Source: Vicinamibacteria bacterium
Lineage (GTDB): Bacteria; Acidobacteriota; Vicinamibacteria; Vicinamibacterales; UBA8438
NCBI GenBank assembly: GCA_022820825.1
Contig: JAJEEU010000034.1
Span: 5,030 to 69,029 of the forward strand
DNA: 64,000 nucleotides
Direction: 5' to 3'
The translations under genes were made by a program, and so were the position numbers. Shown piece after piece: positions 1-7,920 of the stretch. The notes under the pieces were generated by a model, which saw nothing but the letters and a program-made list of their open reading frames with translations, ran no database searches and was not told the DNA's origin. The stretch's first letter is position 1, and each line of letters begins with the position of its first letter.

Positions 1-107
1 CCCAAGGCGCAGGTGAACGGCAGCGCCAGCGCCCACCAGGGCGGCAAGCGCTCGATAGTCGCCGCGACCGGCCCGTCCCAGCTCGTCCGCCCCCGGGTTT
101 CCTGCAT
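1..107 (-). CDS. possible 5' end of an unidentified CDS running off the left edge (partial)
   Basis: ATG at 107-105 (minus) opens MQETRGRTSWDGPVAATIERLPPWWALALPFTCALG. About 33 of 35 codons end in G/C, like the confirmed genes. No homology recognised and no stop within the window. Confidence 0.3.
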   Translation of the reverse strand, partial: MQETRGRTSWDGPVAATIERLPPWWALALPFTCAL

Positions 108-122
108 GGCTGCCGCTGTAAT

Positions 123-161
123 CGTTGCATTTCTGCCGCTGGCGGCGTTGCATTTCTGCCG
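123..161. repeat. 16-bp direct repeat CGTTGCATTTCTGCCG x2 (123-138 and 146-161, 23-bp period) in a divergent intergenic region
   Basis: Read directly from the sequence. It lies between the putative minus-strand start at 107 and the VOC gene start at 188. This is a candidate operator or activator site. Confidence 0.5.
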
Positions 162-187
162 TTGGGAACGCGACAATCGTGCCCCTG

Positions 188-1195
188 ATGCTGTTGCGGG
201 TCGGCCGGCGCGACTTCTTGCGGGCTGCGGCGGTGGCGGCGGCCGGCGCCGGTCTTCGCGCGCAGCCGCGGGAGCACCCGTTCGCGGTCCTCGACCTGAA
301 CCACGTCTCGATCGGCGTGGCCGACGTGCCGCGCTCGCTCGACTTCTATCAGCGCCTCTTCGGCCTCACCGTCTACACGAGCCAGGCCGGCGGTAACCTG
401 CCCATCATGACCATCGGCGCCGGGCCGCAGTTCGTCGCGTTGAGCCCGGCCCGACCCGGACGGCCGCGCGGCGTGGGACACCACTTCAGCGTGCATATCG
501 ACGGCTTCGACCCCGAGCGGGTCACGCGCCAGCTCGCGGAGCTGGGCGTCGAGGCGCGCATCTTTCCGTGGACCTACGAGGGGCGGCGCTACGACCTGCG
601 GCCGGCCGCGGCGCAGCGGCCGGTGGTGGTGGACGCCGCGGACACGCCGGAGCTGGTGTTCGACGACCCGGACGGCGTGCTGCTGCAGATCCAGGATTCC
701 AGCTACTGCGGCGGGGTGGGCGCCCTCGGCGAGCTGTGCGGCATCCCCGCGTCACCCGCGCCAGGCGCGGGCGCGTTCGAGGCGCGCACTCTCAACCACG
801 TGTCGATCCCGGTATCGGACGTGGCGCGTTCGCTGGGGTACTACCGGCGGGTGTTCGGGTTCTCGCACAGGACGTCGCAGGCGCGCGGGGACATCCCGAT
901 CCTGACGGTCGGCGCGGGTCCGCAGTTCGTCGCCCTGCGGGCGGGAGAAGGCGGCGGCCATCACTTCTGCCTGGGCATCGACAACTTCAACCCGGAGCAG
1001 GTGATGGAGACGCTGGCCGAGAACGGCGTGGAAGGCCGCCTCCATGTGCGCCCCGCGGCCGACCAGCGCCCGGCCGCCCCGTCGGGCGCGGCCGATACCC
1101 CGGAGATCACGATTCAGGACCCGGACGGGATCACCGTGCAGATCCAGGACGTCAGGCACTGTGGAGGCGTGGGTGCTCTAGGCGAGATCTGTTAG
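188..1195 (+). CDS. tandem two-domain VOC (glyoxalase/bleomycin-resistance/dioxygenase) family protein with a Tat-type signal
   Basis: Start re-called to MLLRVGRRDFLRAAAVAAAGAGL (twin-arginine motif). Two internal repeats begin LNHVSIGVADVPRSLDFYQRLFG and LNHVSIPVSDVARSLGYYRRVFG, each ending IQDxxxCGGVGALGE. This is the typical VOC beta-alpha-beta-beta-beta signature. Confidence 0.8.
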   Translation: MLLRVGRRDFLRAAAVAAAGAGLRAQPREHPFAVLDLNHVSIGVADVPRSLDFYQRLFGLTVYTSQAGGNLPIMTIGAGPQFVALSPARPGRPRGVGHHFSVHIDGFDPERVTRQLAELGVEARIFPWTYEGRRYDLRPAAAQRPVVVDAADTPELVFDDPDGVLLQIQDSSYCGGVGALGELCGIPASPAPGAGAFEARTLNHVSIPVSDVARSLGYYRRVFGFSHRTSQARGDIPILTVGAGPQFVALRAGEGGGHHFCLGIDNFNPEQVMETLAENGVEGRLHVRPAADQRPAAPSGAADTPEITIQDPDGITVQIQDVRHCGGVGALGEIC

Positions 1196-1319
1196 ATGGG
1201 GCTGCGCCGAATAATTGTTAGATGGGGCTGCGCCCCAAGCCCCCGGCAAGCCCTAGCGGGGACCCCGTAGCCCCGCGCCGGGCTTGCCGAGCCGCGCTGT
1301 GCGCGGCTTGGGAACGGCC
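1190..1319 (+). repeat. structured GC-rich repeat, copy A (full copy about 1216-1319, preceded by a 19-bp partial duplicate at 1190-1208)
   Basis: TGTTAGATGGGGCTGCGCCCCAAGCCCCCGGCAAGCCCTAGCGGGGACCCCGTAGCCCCGCGCCGGGCTTGCCGAGCCGCGCTGTGCGCGGCTTGGGAACGGCC. Homologous copies are at 13985-14090(-), 52786-52885(-) and 54181-54275(+). The same element produces the spurious MGLRPKPPA... ORFs in the track. Confidence 0.85.
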
Positions 1320-1379
1320 GCTTCTATACTCGCCGTCCCCTTTCGTACCGCAGCACTACGCCAGGTGGCACGGCCTGGC

Positions 1380-2735
1380 TCAGACGCCCGAGAGGGCCTC
1401 GAGCGACACGCCGGGGATGCGGCCGGTGCTGTCGCCGAACTGCTCCACCGGCACGTCCAGCTTGTCCAGCATCGAGACGTACAGGTTGGTCAGCGGCGTG
1501 TCCTTCGGCAGCACCAGGTGCCGGTCGCCCTTGACGCGCCCGCCGCCGCCGCCGGCCAGCGCAATCGGCAGCTCGTCGTGCGAGTGCAGGTTCGCGTTGC
1601 CGATGCCGGCGCCGTAGACGATCAGCACGTTGTCGAGCAGGTTGGCGTCGCCGTCCGGCGTGGCGCGCAGCCGCTCCAGGAACTGGGCGAACAGCGACAC
1701 GTGGAATGCGTTGACCCTGGCGACGCTCTCCACTGCCTCGGGGTCGTTGATCAGGTGGCTGATCTGGTGGTGGGCGTCCGACACCCCGATCTCGGGGTAT
1801 GCGCGGACAGTGGTCTCGCGCGTGAACAGGAAGCTGAACACGCGCGTCAGGTCGGCCTGGAACGCCAGCGCCTGCAGCTCGTACAGCAGCCTTGCATGGT
1901 CGGCGAACGCCGGCGGGATGCCGCGCGGCTTCTCGACGAGCGGCAGCTCCCGGTCGCTCTGCTCCTCGGCGCGCTGGATGCGGTGCTCCACGCCGCGCAC
2001 CGCCTCCAGGTATTCGTCCATGCGCCGGCGGTCGCCCGGTCCGAGCGTGCTGTTGAGCCGGCGCGCCTCCGCGTTGACCACGTCCAGGACGCTGCGGTCC
2101 TGCTTGATGCGGGCCAGGCGGGCGTCGCGGTCCGTGGAGTCGCTGCCCCCGAACATCCGCTCGAACACCGCCCGCGGATCGCGCTCCATGGGCAGCGGCG
2201 TGGTGGGGTTGGACCACGAGATCGTGTTCATGTAGGCGCAGCTATAGCCCGAATCGCAGGCGCCCGAAATCTCGTTCGACTCCATGGCGAGCTGCAGCGA
2301 CCCGAGCTGCGTCTCGCGCCCGAGCACGTGCGCCGCGATCTGGTCGACGGTGGTGCCGGAGCGGATGTCGGACCCTTCGGTCTTCTTGATGGGCACGCCG
2401 CTCAGGAAAGTGCCGGCGCCGCGGGAGTGGTCTCCCACGCCTTCCGTTCCCCGGGCGTTGGCCACCAGGTTGGCGAGCCCGCTGAAGACGACCAGCCGGT
2501 CGCGGAACGGCTCCAGCGGCTGCAGCGTCGGCGACAGCGCGAACCCGGGCTCGCTCGTCTCCGGAAAGAAATGCGGCAGGGACATGCCGTTGGGGACGTA
2601 CACCGCGCCGAACCGGCGCACCGTCTGGGGCGAGGCGAACGCCGGCACCATGCCGTCGAGCAGCGGCAGCGCCAGCGAGGCGCCCATGCCGCGCAGCACC
2701 GTGCGCCGCGAGAGCCCGCGTCTTGTGACGATCAT
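1380..2735 (-). CDS. DUF1552 (HxxSHH) family protein, Tat-like signal (triad 1)
   Basis: Start re-called to MIVTRRGLSRRTVLRGMGASLALPLLDGM. It overlaps the upstream stop by 4 nt (ATGA at 2732-2735). It is paralogous over its full length to the CDSs at 12039, 27905 and 36076. The 874-aa track ORF (1380..4004) is an artefactual extension. Confidence 0.85.
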   Translation of the reverse strand: MIVTRRGLSRRTVLRGMGASLALPLLDGMVPAFASPQTVRRFGAVYVPNGMSLPHFFPETSEPGFALSPTLQPLEPFRDRLVVFSGLANLVANARGTEGVGDHSRGAGTFLSGVPIKKTEGSDIRSGTTVDQIAAHVLGRETQLGSLQLAMESNEISGACDSGYSCAYMNTISWSNPTTPLPMERDPRAVFERMFGGSDSTDRDARLARIKQDRSVLDVVNAEARRLNSTLGPGDRRRMDEYLEAVRGVEHRIQRAEEQSDRELPLVEKPRGIPPAFADHARLLYELQALAFQADLTRVFSFLFTRETTVRAYPEIGVSDAHHQISHLINDPEAVESVARVNAFHVSLFAQFLERLRATPDGDANLLDNVLIVYGAGIGNANLHSHDELPIALAGGGGGRVKGDRHLVLPKDTPLTNLYVSMLDKLDVPVEQFGDSTGRIPGVSLEALSGV

Positions 2736-5182
2736 TGAGCGCTCCTCATCCGAAACGGCGGACTGTCCACGATGGCCCCGACCAGCGCCGACCAGCGGTA
2801 GTCGTCCGCGGACGCGCGCCGCATGATCTCGCGCACCGCCGGCTGATCGTAATACTCGAGGCCGCGGCCCAGCGCGTAGGTCAGCAACTTGCGCGTGACT
2901 GTCGCGATGAACAGATCCTGGCGCGCGAGCAACGCCTGCCGCAACTCCACCGGCCCGTCGAACGTCGTGCCGTCGGCCGTGGTGCCGGACGCATCGACCG
3001 GCACCCCGTTGTCGGTCTCGCGCCAGCGGCCGATCGGGTCGAAGTTCTCCAGCGCGAAGCCGAGCGGGTCGATCTTCGCGTGGCAGGTCGCGCACGCAGG
3101 ATTCCGGCGGTGCTGCTCCAGCCGCGCGCGCGTCGACTGCGGCTGGCCGGCGGAGCCGTCCTCTTCCAACGCCGGCACGTCGGGCGGCGGGGGCGGCGGC
3201 GGAGCGCCCAGAATCGACTCGAGCACGAACTTGCCGCGCAGCACGGGCGACGTACGGTTGGCGTACGACGTGGCCGTCAGGATGCTGCCGTGGCCCAGCA
3301 GCCCGGCCCGCCGCCCGTCCGCCAGCTCCACGCGGCGGAAGTGGCTGCCGTACACGCCGGGCACGCCGTAGAAGCGGGCGAGGTGCTCGTTGAGGTACGT
3401 GTACGGCGCGCTCAGCAAATCCACGACGCTGGCATCCTCGCGCACCTGGCTGGCCAGGAACAGCCCGGTCTCGCGGCGGAAGGCATCGCGCAGCTTGTCG
3501 TCGAAAGCCGGGTACAGCTCCGCGTCCGGCTGCAGCCGGCCCAGGTTCCGCAGGTAGAGCCACTGGCCGAAGAAGTTGTCCACCAGCGCGGCGGCGCGCG
3601 GATCCGCCACCATCCGCCCGACCTGCGCTGCGAGGATGTCGGGCTCGGCCAGCTCGCCGCGCTCGGCCAGCGCGAGCAGCTCGTCGTCGGGGATGCTGCT
3701 CCATAGGAAAAACGACAGCCGCGAAGCCAGCTCCAGGCCGTCGATCTCGTAGGCATCTCCCGGGGCAAGACCTTCCGGGTCGCGCTCGACGCGGAAGAGG
3801 AAGTGCGGATTGACGAGCACGGCGGCCACGCCCGCCTGCACGCCGGCCTCGAAATCGGCGCCGGCCGTCCGCCGGTCGCGGTAGGCCGCAAGCAGCGGAT
3901 CGACGTCCGTGGCGGTCACGGACCGGCGGTAGGCGCGCTTGGCCAGCGCCGACAGGATGCTTGCGGCGCAGCGCTCCTCGTCGCTCGCGCCGGCCGGACG
4001 GCAAGTGAAGATCCGCTGGCGGCTCGGGGAATCCCCCACGCCCCTGACGTCGTACGGCCCGCCAATCGTGACCGCGCTGATGGCCGGCAGGCCGCTGGAA
4101 TCGTCGTTGTGGCTGAAGCTGCGCGTCGGCAGCGGCAGCCGCAGACCCTCCGGCGCGCCGCTCTGCCCGGGGAACGTCACGGTCACCGCATGCGGACCGG
4201 CCTCAACCGGCAGGCGGACGAACAACTCCTGATCGAGCTGTTGCGTCGCCTGCAGGCCGCCGCGCCGGTCGATGCCGCCGACGATGTCGGCCGGCCCCAC
4301 CGTGAAGCTCCTGACGAGCCTGCCGTTCAGCCGCACGTCGATCCGGTGCTCATCCTCCACGTCGGCCGCCCGATCACCGAGCCCCTTCAGCCGGCCCGAC
4401 ATGATGGCCCGCTGCAGCTCGATGCGGATGCCGTACTCGGCGTCGACGGGAAAGGTGTGGCGCACGCTGACGCCGCCGCGCGTGCCGAACGGCAGCTCCT
4501 CGCCCATCCGGTCGTCCTGGCGGAAGTTGCGCGATGCGTGGTAGATCACCTCTCCCGCGCCGATGTCGGCGTCGCCAACCGCCAGGCGGCTTATTCGCTG
4601 GGCGGCCGACAGGTAGCGCTCCAGCAGCGGCTGCGAAACCGTCAGCACGTCGCCGATGTTGTCGAAGCCGTAGCTCGCGTCGTCGGCCGGCAGCAGCGCT
4701 CGGCCGTCGATGTCGAGGGCCAGGAGATCGCGGACGGCGTTGGTGTACTCGGCGCGGTTCAGGCGATGCACCGCCGCCGACCGCCCGGGATTCACCCGCT
4801 CGGCCGCCGCCGCGTCCAGGTTCTCCGCGAGCCAGGCGGCGAACCCGGCGTAGGTGGCTTCATCCGGCCGCGGCCGGCCGGCCGGCGGCATCTCGCGCGC
4901 CTGCAGCTTCTGCAGCACCTTCTCCCACAACGGGGCGTCGGCCGCGACGTGCGCGAGATCCGCCTGGTCGAGCGTGAGATTCGCCGTGCGCAGCCGGTCG
5001 TTGTGGCAACCGGCGCAGTAGCGCTCGATGACCGCGCCGTAGTGGTCGGCGGACACGGCCGGGGCGTCCGCCCCGGGCTGGGCGGACACGGCCGCGGCCG
5101 AAACGACGCCGGCCACCGCTACCGCTGCAACCGCCGCGGCGATGCGGCCGGCGCGCCGCCATGGCGGCATCAGGAAAGGCAT
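2732..5182 (-). CDS. DUF1592/DUF1588/DUF1585-type (PSD/PSCyt) di-haem cytochrome c domain protein (triad 1)
   Basis: 816 aa with a signal peptide. N-terminal RYCAGCHNDRLRTANLTLD and C-terminal NPACATCHAKIDPLGFALENFDPIGRWR each carry a CxxCH motif. The poly-Pro linker GAPPPPPPPDVPAL is shared with three paralogs. Confidence 0.85.
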   Translation of the reverse strand: MPFLMPPWRRAGRIAAAVAAVAVAGVVSAAAVSAQPGADAPAVSADHYGAVIERYCAGCHNDRLRTANLTLDQADLAHVAADAPLWEKVLQKLQAREMPPAGRPRPDEATYAGFAAWLAENLDAAAAERVNPGRSAAVHRLNRAEYTNAVRDLLALDIDGRALLPADDASYGFDNIGDVLTVSQPLLERYLSAAQRISRLAVGDADIGAGEVIYHASRNFRQDDRMGEELPFGTRGGVSVRHTFPVDAEYGIRIELQRAIMSGRLKGLGDRAADVEDEHRIDVRLNGRLVRSFTVGPADIVGGIDRRGGLQATQQLDQELFVRLPVEAGPHAVTVTFPGQSGAPEGLRLPLPTRSFSHNDDSSGLPAISAVTIGGPYDVRGVGDSPSRQRIFTCRPAGASDEERCAASILSALAKRAYRRSVTATDVDPLLAAYRDRRTAGADFEAGVQAGVAAVLVNPHFLFRVERDPEGLAPGDAYEIDGLELASRLSFFLWSSIPDDELLALAERGELAEPDILAAQVGRMVADPRAAALVDNFFGQWLYLRNLGRLQPDAELYPAFDDKLRDAFRRETGLFLASQVREDASVVDLLSAPYTYLNEHLARFYGVPGVYGSHFRRVELADGRRAGLLGHGSILTATSYANRTSPVLRGKFVLESILGAPPPPPPPDVPALEEDGSAGQPQSTRARLEQHRRNPACATCHAKIDPLGFALENFDPIGRWRETDNGVPVDASGTTADGTTFDGPVELRQALLARQDLFIATVTRKLLTYALGRGLEYYDQPAVREIMRRASADDYRWSALVGAIVDSPPFRMRSAQ

Positions 5183-5189
5183 CGGCGAA

Positions 5190-6668
5190 TCAGTACCGCA
5201 GCCGCTTCTGCTCGTGCGAGGGCGGCGTGGGACGGGCGCCGTGGAGCTTCAGCAGCGCCATCGTGCTCTCGTGAACCGTCTTCGTCATCGTGGTCGTGTC
5301 GAAGAAGCCCGAGGCAATAGCCAGCGGCGTCCAGCCCACGATGTTCTCCGCGTCCACTTCCGCGCCGTGGTCCAGCAGCAGTTGCGCCACGCTGTCCCAG
5401 CCGGTGTAGGCCGCCGCGTGCAGCGCCGTCTCGCCGACGGTGTTCGCGCCGTTGACGTCAACCCCGGCGTCGATGATCAGGCGCGCCGCCTCCAGCGCGT
5501 CGCGCTCCGGATGGATGTCGGTGCCGATCGAGTACGCGTAGCCGGCCGCGGCGGTCAGCGCCGTCGTCTCGTCGTCGGTCTCCAGCAGGGGATCCGCGCC
5601 GGCCGCCAGCAGCGCGCGCATGATGTCGAGGTCGGCCGCCCGCGCCGCCACGATGAAGGGTGTCGCCCCCGCCATCGCCATGCGGCGAAAACCAAGGAAG
5701 CCTTGCGTGGGGGGATTGCTCCGCAGCCGGATGTTCGGGTCCGCGCCCGCGGCGAGGAGCGCCTCGACCAGCGCCAGCTTGCCCGGCCCGCGGCCCGCGT
5801 AGCGGTCCCAGCCGGTCGTGCCGCCGGCTTCCGTGGTCGTGAGCGCCGTCTCCCAGACCCCCGCCGCCCAGTGCAGCGCCGCGAAACCCGCGCCGTCGGC
5901 GTCGGGGTCGGCTCCGTGGTCGAGCAGCAGATGCGCGAGCGGCCAGCGGCCGTGCACCACCGCGACGACGAGCGCGGTCGTGCCGTCCGCCGCCTCGGCG
6001 TCGACGTCGGCCTGCCGCTCCAGCAGCAGCCGCACGGCGGCCTCATGGTCCTCGCGGACGGCGAACAGCAGGGGCGTGTAGCCGCCGGCCGAGCTCGCCT
6101 GCACATCGGCTCCAGCCGCGAGCAGACGCCGCAAGACCTCGGTGTGCCCGGCCGACGCGGCCCACATCAGCGCCGTCTGGCCGTGCGCGGCGTCATGGAC
6201 ATCGACCTCGGCGCCGGCGTCCAGGAGGGCGTTAATGACTGCCAGGCTGCCGGTGCGCGCCGCGAACATGAGCGGCGTGGCGCCGTGCTCGTCCGCGAGG
6301 TTCGGGTCGGCGCCCGCGGCGAGCAGCCGCTCGACCATGGCGAGGCTGCCGTTCGTGGACGCCAGCGCGAGCGGCGCCACGCCGTAGTCGTTCGCCGCGT
6401 CGACGCGGGCGCCCGCCGCGATAAGCAGCGCGGCGGTTTCCAGGTCGTCCCAGTGGGCCGCCCAGTGCAGCGGCGTCGCGCCGTCCGCCTGCGGCGCGTT
6501 GACGTCGACGCGCTCGTCTACAAGCGCACGGACAGCAGTCGGGTTGCGGTCCCTGACCGCCTCGACGAGGCGTTCGTCGTTCTCCGCGGCCCGCGGGAGA
6601 ACGGCCGTTGCGCCGAGAGACAGAACGACCGCCGCGGCGGCAAGACCGTGCCGGACCCTGGTGGTCAA
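5190..6668 (-). CDS. exported ankyrin-repeat protein (triad 1)
   Basis: TTG start re-called (LTTRVRHGLAAAAVVLSLGATAVLPRAAE), 16 nt after the upstream stop. It has many G-TPLH-AA..GH...V..LL..GAD repeats. The N-terminus aligns with the other three ankyrin genes. The start codon is uncertain. Confidence 0.8.
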   Translation of the reverse strand: MTTRVRHGLAAAAVVLSLGATAVLPRAAENDERLVEAVRDRNPTAVRALVDERVDVNAPQADGATPLHWAAHWDDLETAALLIAAGARVDAANDYGVAPLALASTNGSLAMVERLLAAGADPNLADEHGATPLMFAARTGSLAVINALLDAGAEVDVHDAAHGQTALMWAASAGHTEVLRRLLAAGADVQASSAGGYTPLLFAVREDHEAAVRLLLERQADVDAEAADGTTALVVAVVHGRWPLAHLLLDHGADPDADGAGFAALHWAAGVWETALTTTEAGGTTGWDRYAGRGPGKLALVEALLAAGADPNIRLRSNPPTQGFLGFRRMAMAGATPFIVAARAADLDIMRALLAAGADPLLETDDETTALTAAAGYAYSIGTDIHPERDALEAARLIIDAGVDVNGANTVGETALHAAAYTGWDSVAQLLLDHGAEVDAENIVGWTPLAIASGFFDTTTMTKTVHESTMALLKLHGARPTPPSHEQKRLRY

Positions 6669-6685
6669 CAGGCCCCTCGGGGGTC

Positions 6686-7777
6686 CTACTCCTCGGCCAG
6701 GTACGGCACGGCCGGCTCGCGGATGCCGGGGTGGCCGGCCTCCTTCCGCTGGCGGGACACCCGCGCGGCCGCCTCCAGCGCCTGCTGCTCGTCGGCGCGG
6801 CCGCCGCTGAGCAGGTTCGGCATGCCGTGGTTCCCCTCGTGGCACGCGTACTCGAAAAGATGGTTGAGCGGGTTGCCGCCGGTGTCGCGCCGCGTCATCG
6901 GGATGGACAGCGTGTACGGCCGCGTATAGATCTCCGGATCCTCGATCGTGAGCTCGTAGTCGATCGAGTTGGCGTCGCGCAGCGTGAACCGCTCCACCAC
7001 GCGCAGCGTGCCGCCGGGTCCGCGGTGCCCCGTCTGAATGATGTGCGACGGCTGGTAGTCGCCGCCGTCCAGCCGGTTGTTGAAGCGCTCGGTCTCGACG
7101 ACGAGCGTATCGCCCTCCCAGCGGCCGCGGCTGTCGCCCAGCCACTGCCGCACGCCGTCGGCGACGTGGGGCCGCCCGTCGAGCGGAATGATGCGCGCTT
7201 CGTGGATCATCTCGATGACGATGGCCACGTAGTCCTGCGTCTGCAGGATCTGGTAGTTCGCGTTGTAGCCATTGGGGATCATCGCGACCGGCATGGTCCG
7301 CGAGATGCAGCGCTCCCAACTGTTGCGGTCGAGCCAGGAATCGGCCTCGCCGCGCCCGTCGCGCGCGTTCTCGCGCTCTATCAGCCGCTGCTTCGCCGCC
7401 GGCAGCAATTCGGGGATCCGCCCGTCCGGCGGGTCGACGATGAGCGATTCCCGGATCATCGTCCCCGACCGCTCGATCCACGCGGCGCCGGTGCCCTGCG
7501 TGGCGGCGATCACGGCCTGCTGCGCGAGCTGGCCGCGCTCCTTCTCCGCTTCGGTCAGGCGCTCCATCGGGGTGTCGGTGGAGTTGTTCCACACGCCGCG
7601 CAGGTCGGGGTCGCCCCACGCGGTGCGCGGCAGCTCGCCGTCCGCGGGCGGCAACAGCCCGTCCAGGCTGGTCGGCGCCCCCGAATACAACCGGTCGCCC
7701 TGCCCCGCCGCGGGCGCGGCGAAGGCGGCGAGCAGGATGATGAACGCCCCGGTGACCGACAGGTATCGATAGCTCAT
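6686..7777 (-). CDS. secreted 'YACHEGN' family protein, paralog 1 of 7 (function unknown)
   Basis: Start at MSYRYLSVTGAFIILLAAFAAPAAG (signal peptide). Family motifs: PRTAWGDPDLRGVW, SLIVDPPDGRIP, ERCI, EMIHEARIIPLDGRP, SRGRWEGDTLVVET, VERFT, FEYACHEGNHG. Confidence 0.8.
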   Translation of the reverse strand: MSYRYLSVTGAFIILLAAFAAPAAGQGDRLYSGAPTSLDGLLPPADGELPRTAWGDPDLRGVWNNSTDTPMERLTEAEKERGQLAQQAVIAATQGTGAAWIERSGTMIRESLIVDPPDGRIPELLPAAKQRLIERENARDGRGEADSWLDRNSWERCISRTMPVAMIPNGYNANYQILQTQDYVAIVIEMIHEARIIPLDGRPHVADGVRQWLGDSRGRWEGDTLVVETERFNNRLDGGDYQPSHIIQTGHRGPGGTLRVVERFTLRDANSIDYELTIEDPEIYTRPYTLSIPMTRRDTGGNPLNHLFEYACHEGNHGMPNLLSGGRADEQQALEAAARVSRQRKEAGHPGIREPAVPYLAEE

Positions 7778-7864
7778 GCAACCCTCCATTGCTCACTGCG
7801 CAATACACCATCCCGCGCGGCCGTTGTCAACCGGCGCGGGCGGTTGCGCGGCGGCTGCCATTGG

Positions 7865-7893
7865 TTGACGACCTCCCGGCGCGCGGGTAGACT
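7865..7893 (+). promoter_or_regulatory. candidate sigma70-like promoter TTGACG-17 nt-TAGACT upstream of the ankyrin gene at 7921
   Basis: Hexamers are at 7865-7870 and 7888-7893 in the 143-bp divergent intergenic region. The -35 overlaps the right arm of the inverted repeat GTCAACC (7826-7832) / GGTTGAC (7863-7869). Promoter rules for this lineage are unknown. Confidence 0.3.
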
Positions 7894-7920
7894 GCGATAT
7901 TCGCTTCTTTCAACCCGAGA

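Noticed and set aside
1222-1617. ORFs beginning MGLRPKPPA(S/A)(P/A)SGDP(V/I)APRR...: 1222..1617(+), 13848..14084(-), 52659..52880(-), and the similar stretch in 54081..54326(+)
   Set aside because: The shared peptide is just the translation of the four copies of the structured DNA repeat. The copies sit in intergenic positions and the similarity ends with the repeat.
3170-3200. Poly-proline/GC tracts (GGCGGCGGGGGCGGCGGCGG, encoding PPPPPPP) recurring at 3180, 11470, 27430 and 36530
   Set aside because: They are the conserved GAPPPxPPPxVP linker of the four DUF1592 paralogs, not an independent DNA repeat or CRISPR-like array.
1380-4004. Track ORFs that fuse a real gene to upstream out-of-gene sequence: 1380..4004, 5190..7811, 24396..27833, 26666..29239, 31683..33023, 32786..34735, 34739..36574, 40470..45377, 45706..47298 and 59732..60787
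   Set aside because: Only the 3' portions show family motifs, signal peptides and RBSs. The 5' extensions overlap the neighbouring real gene in another frame. Starts were re-called internally.
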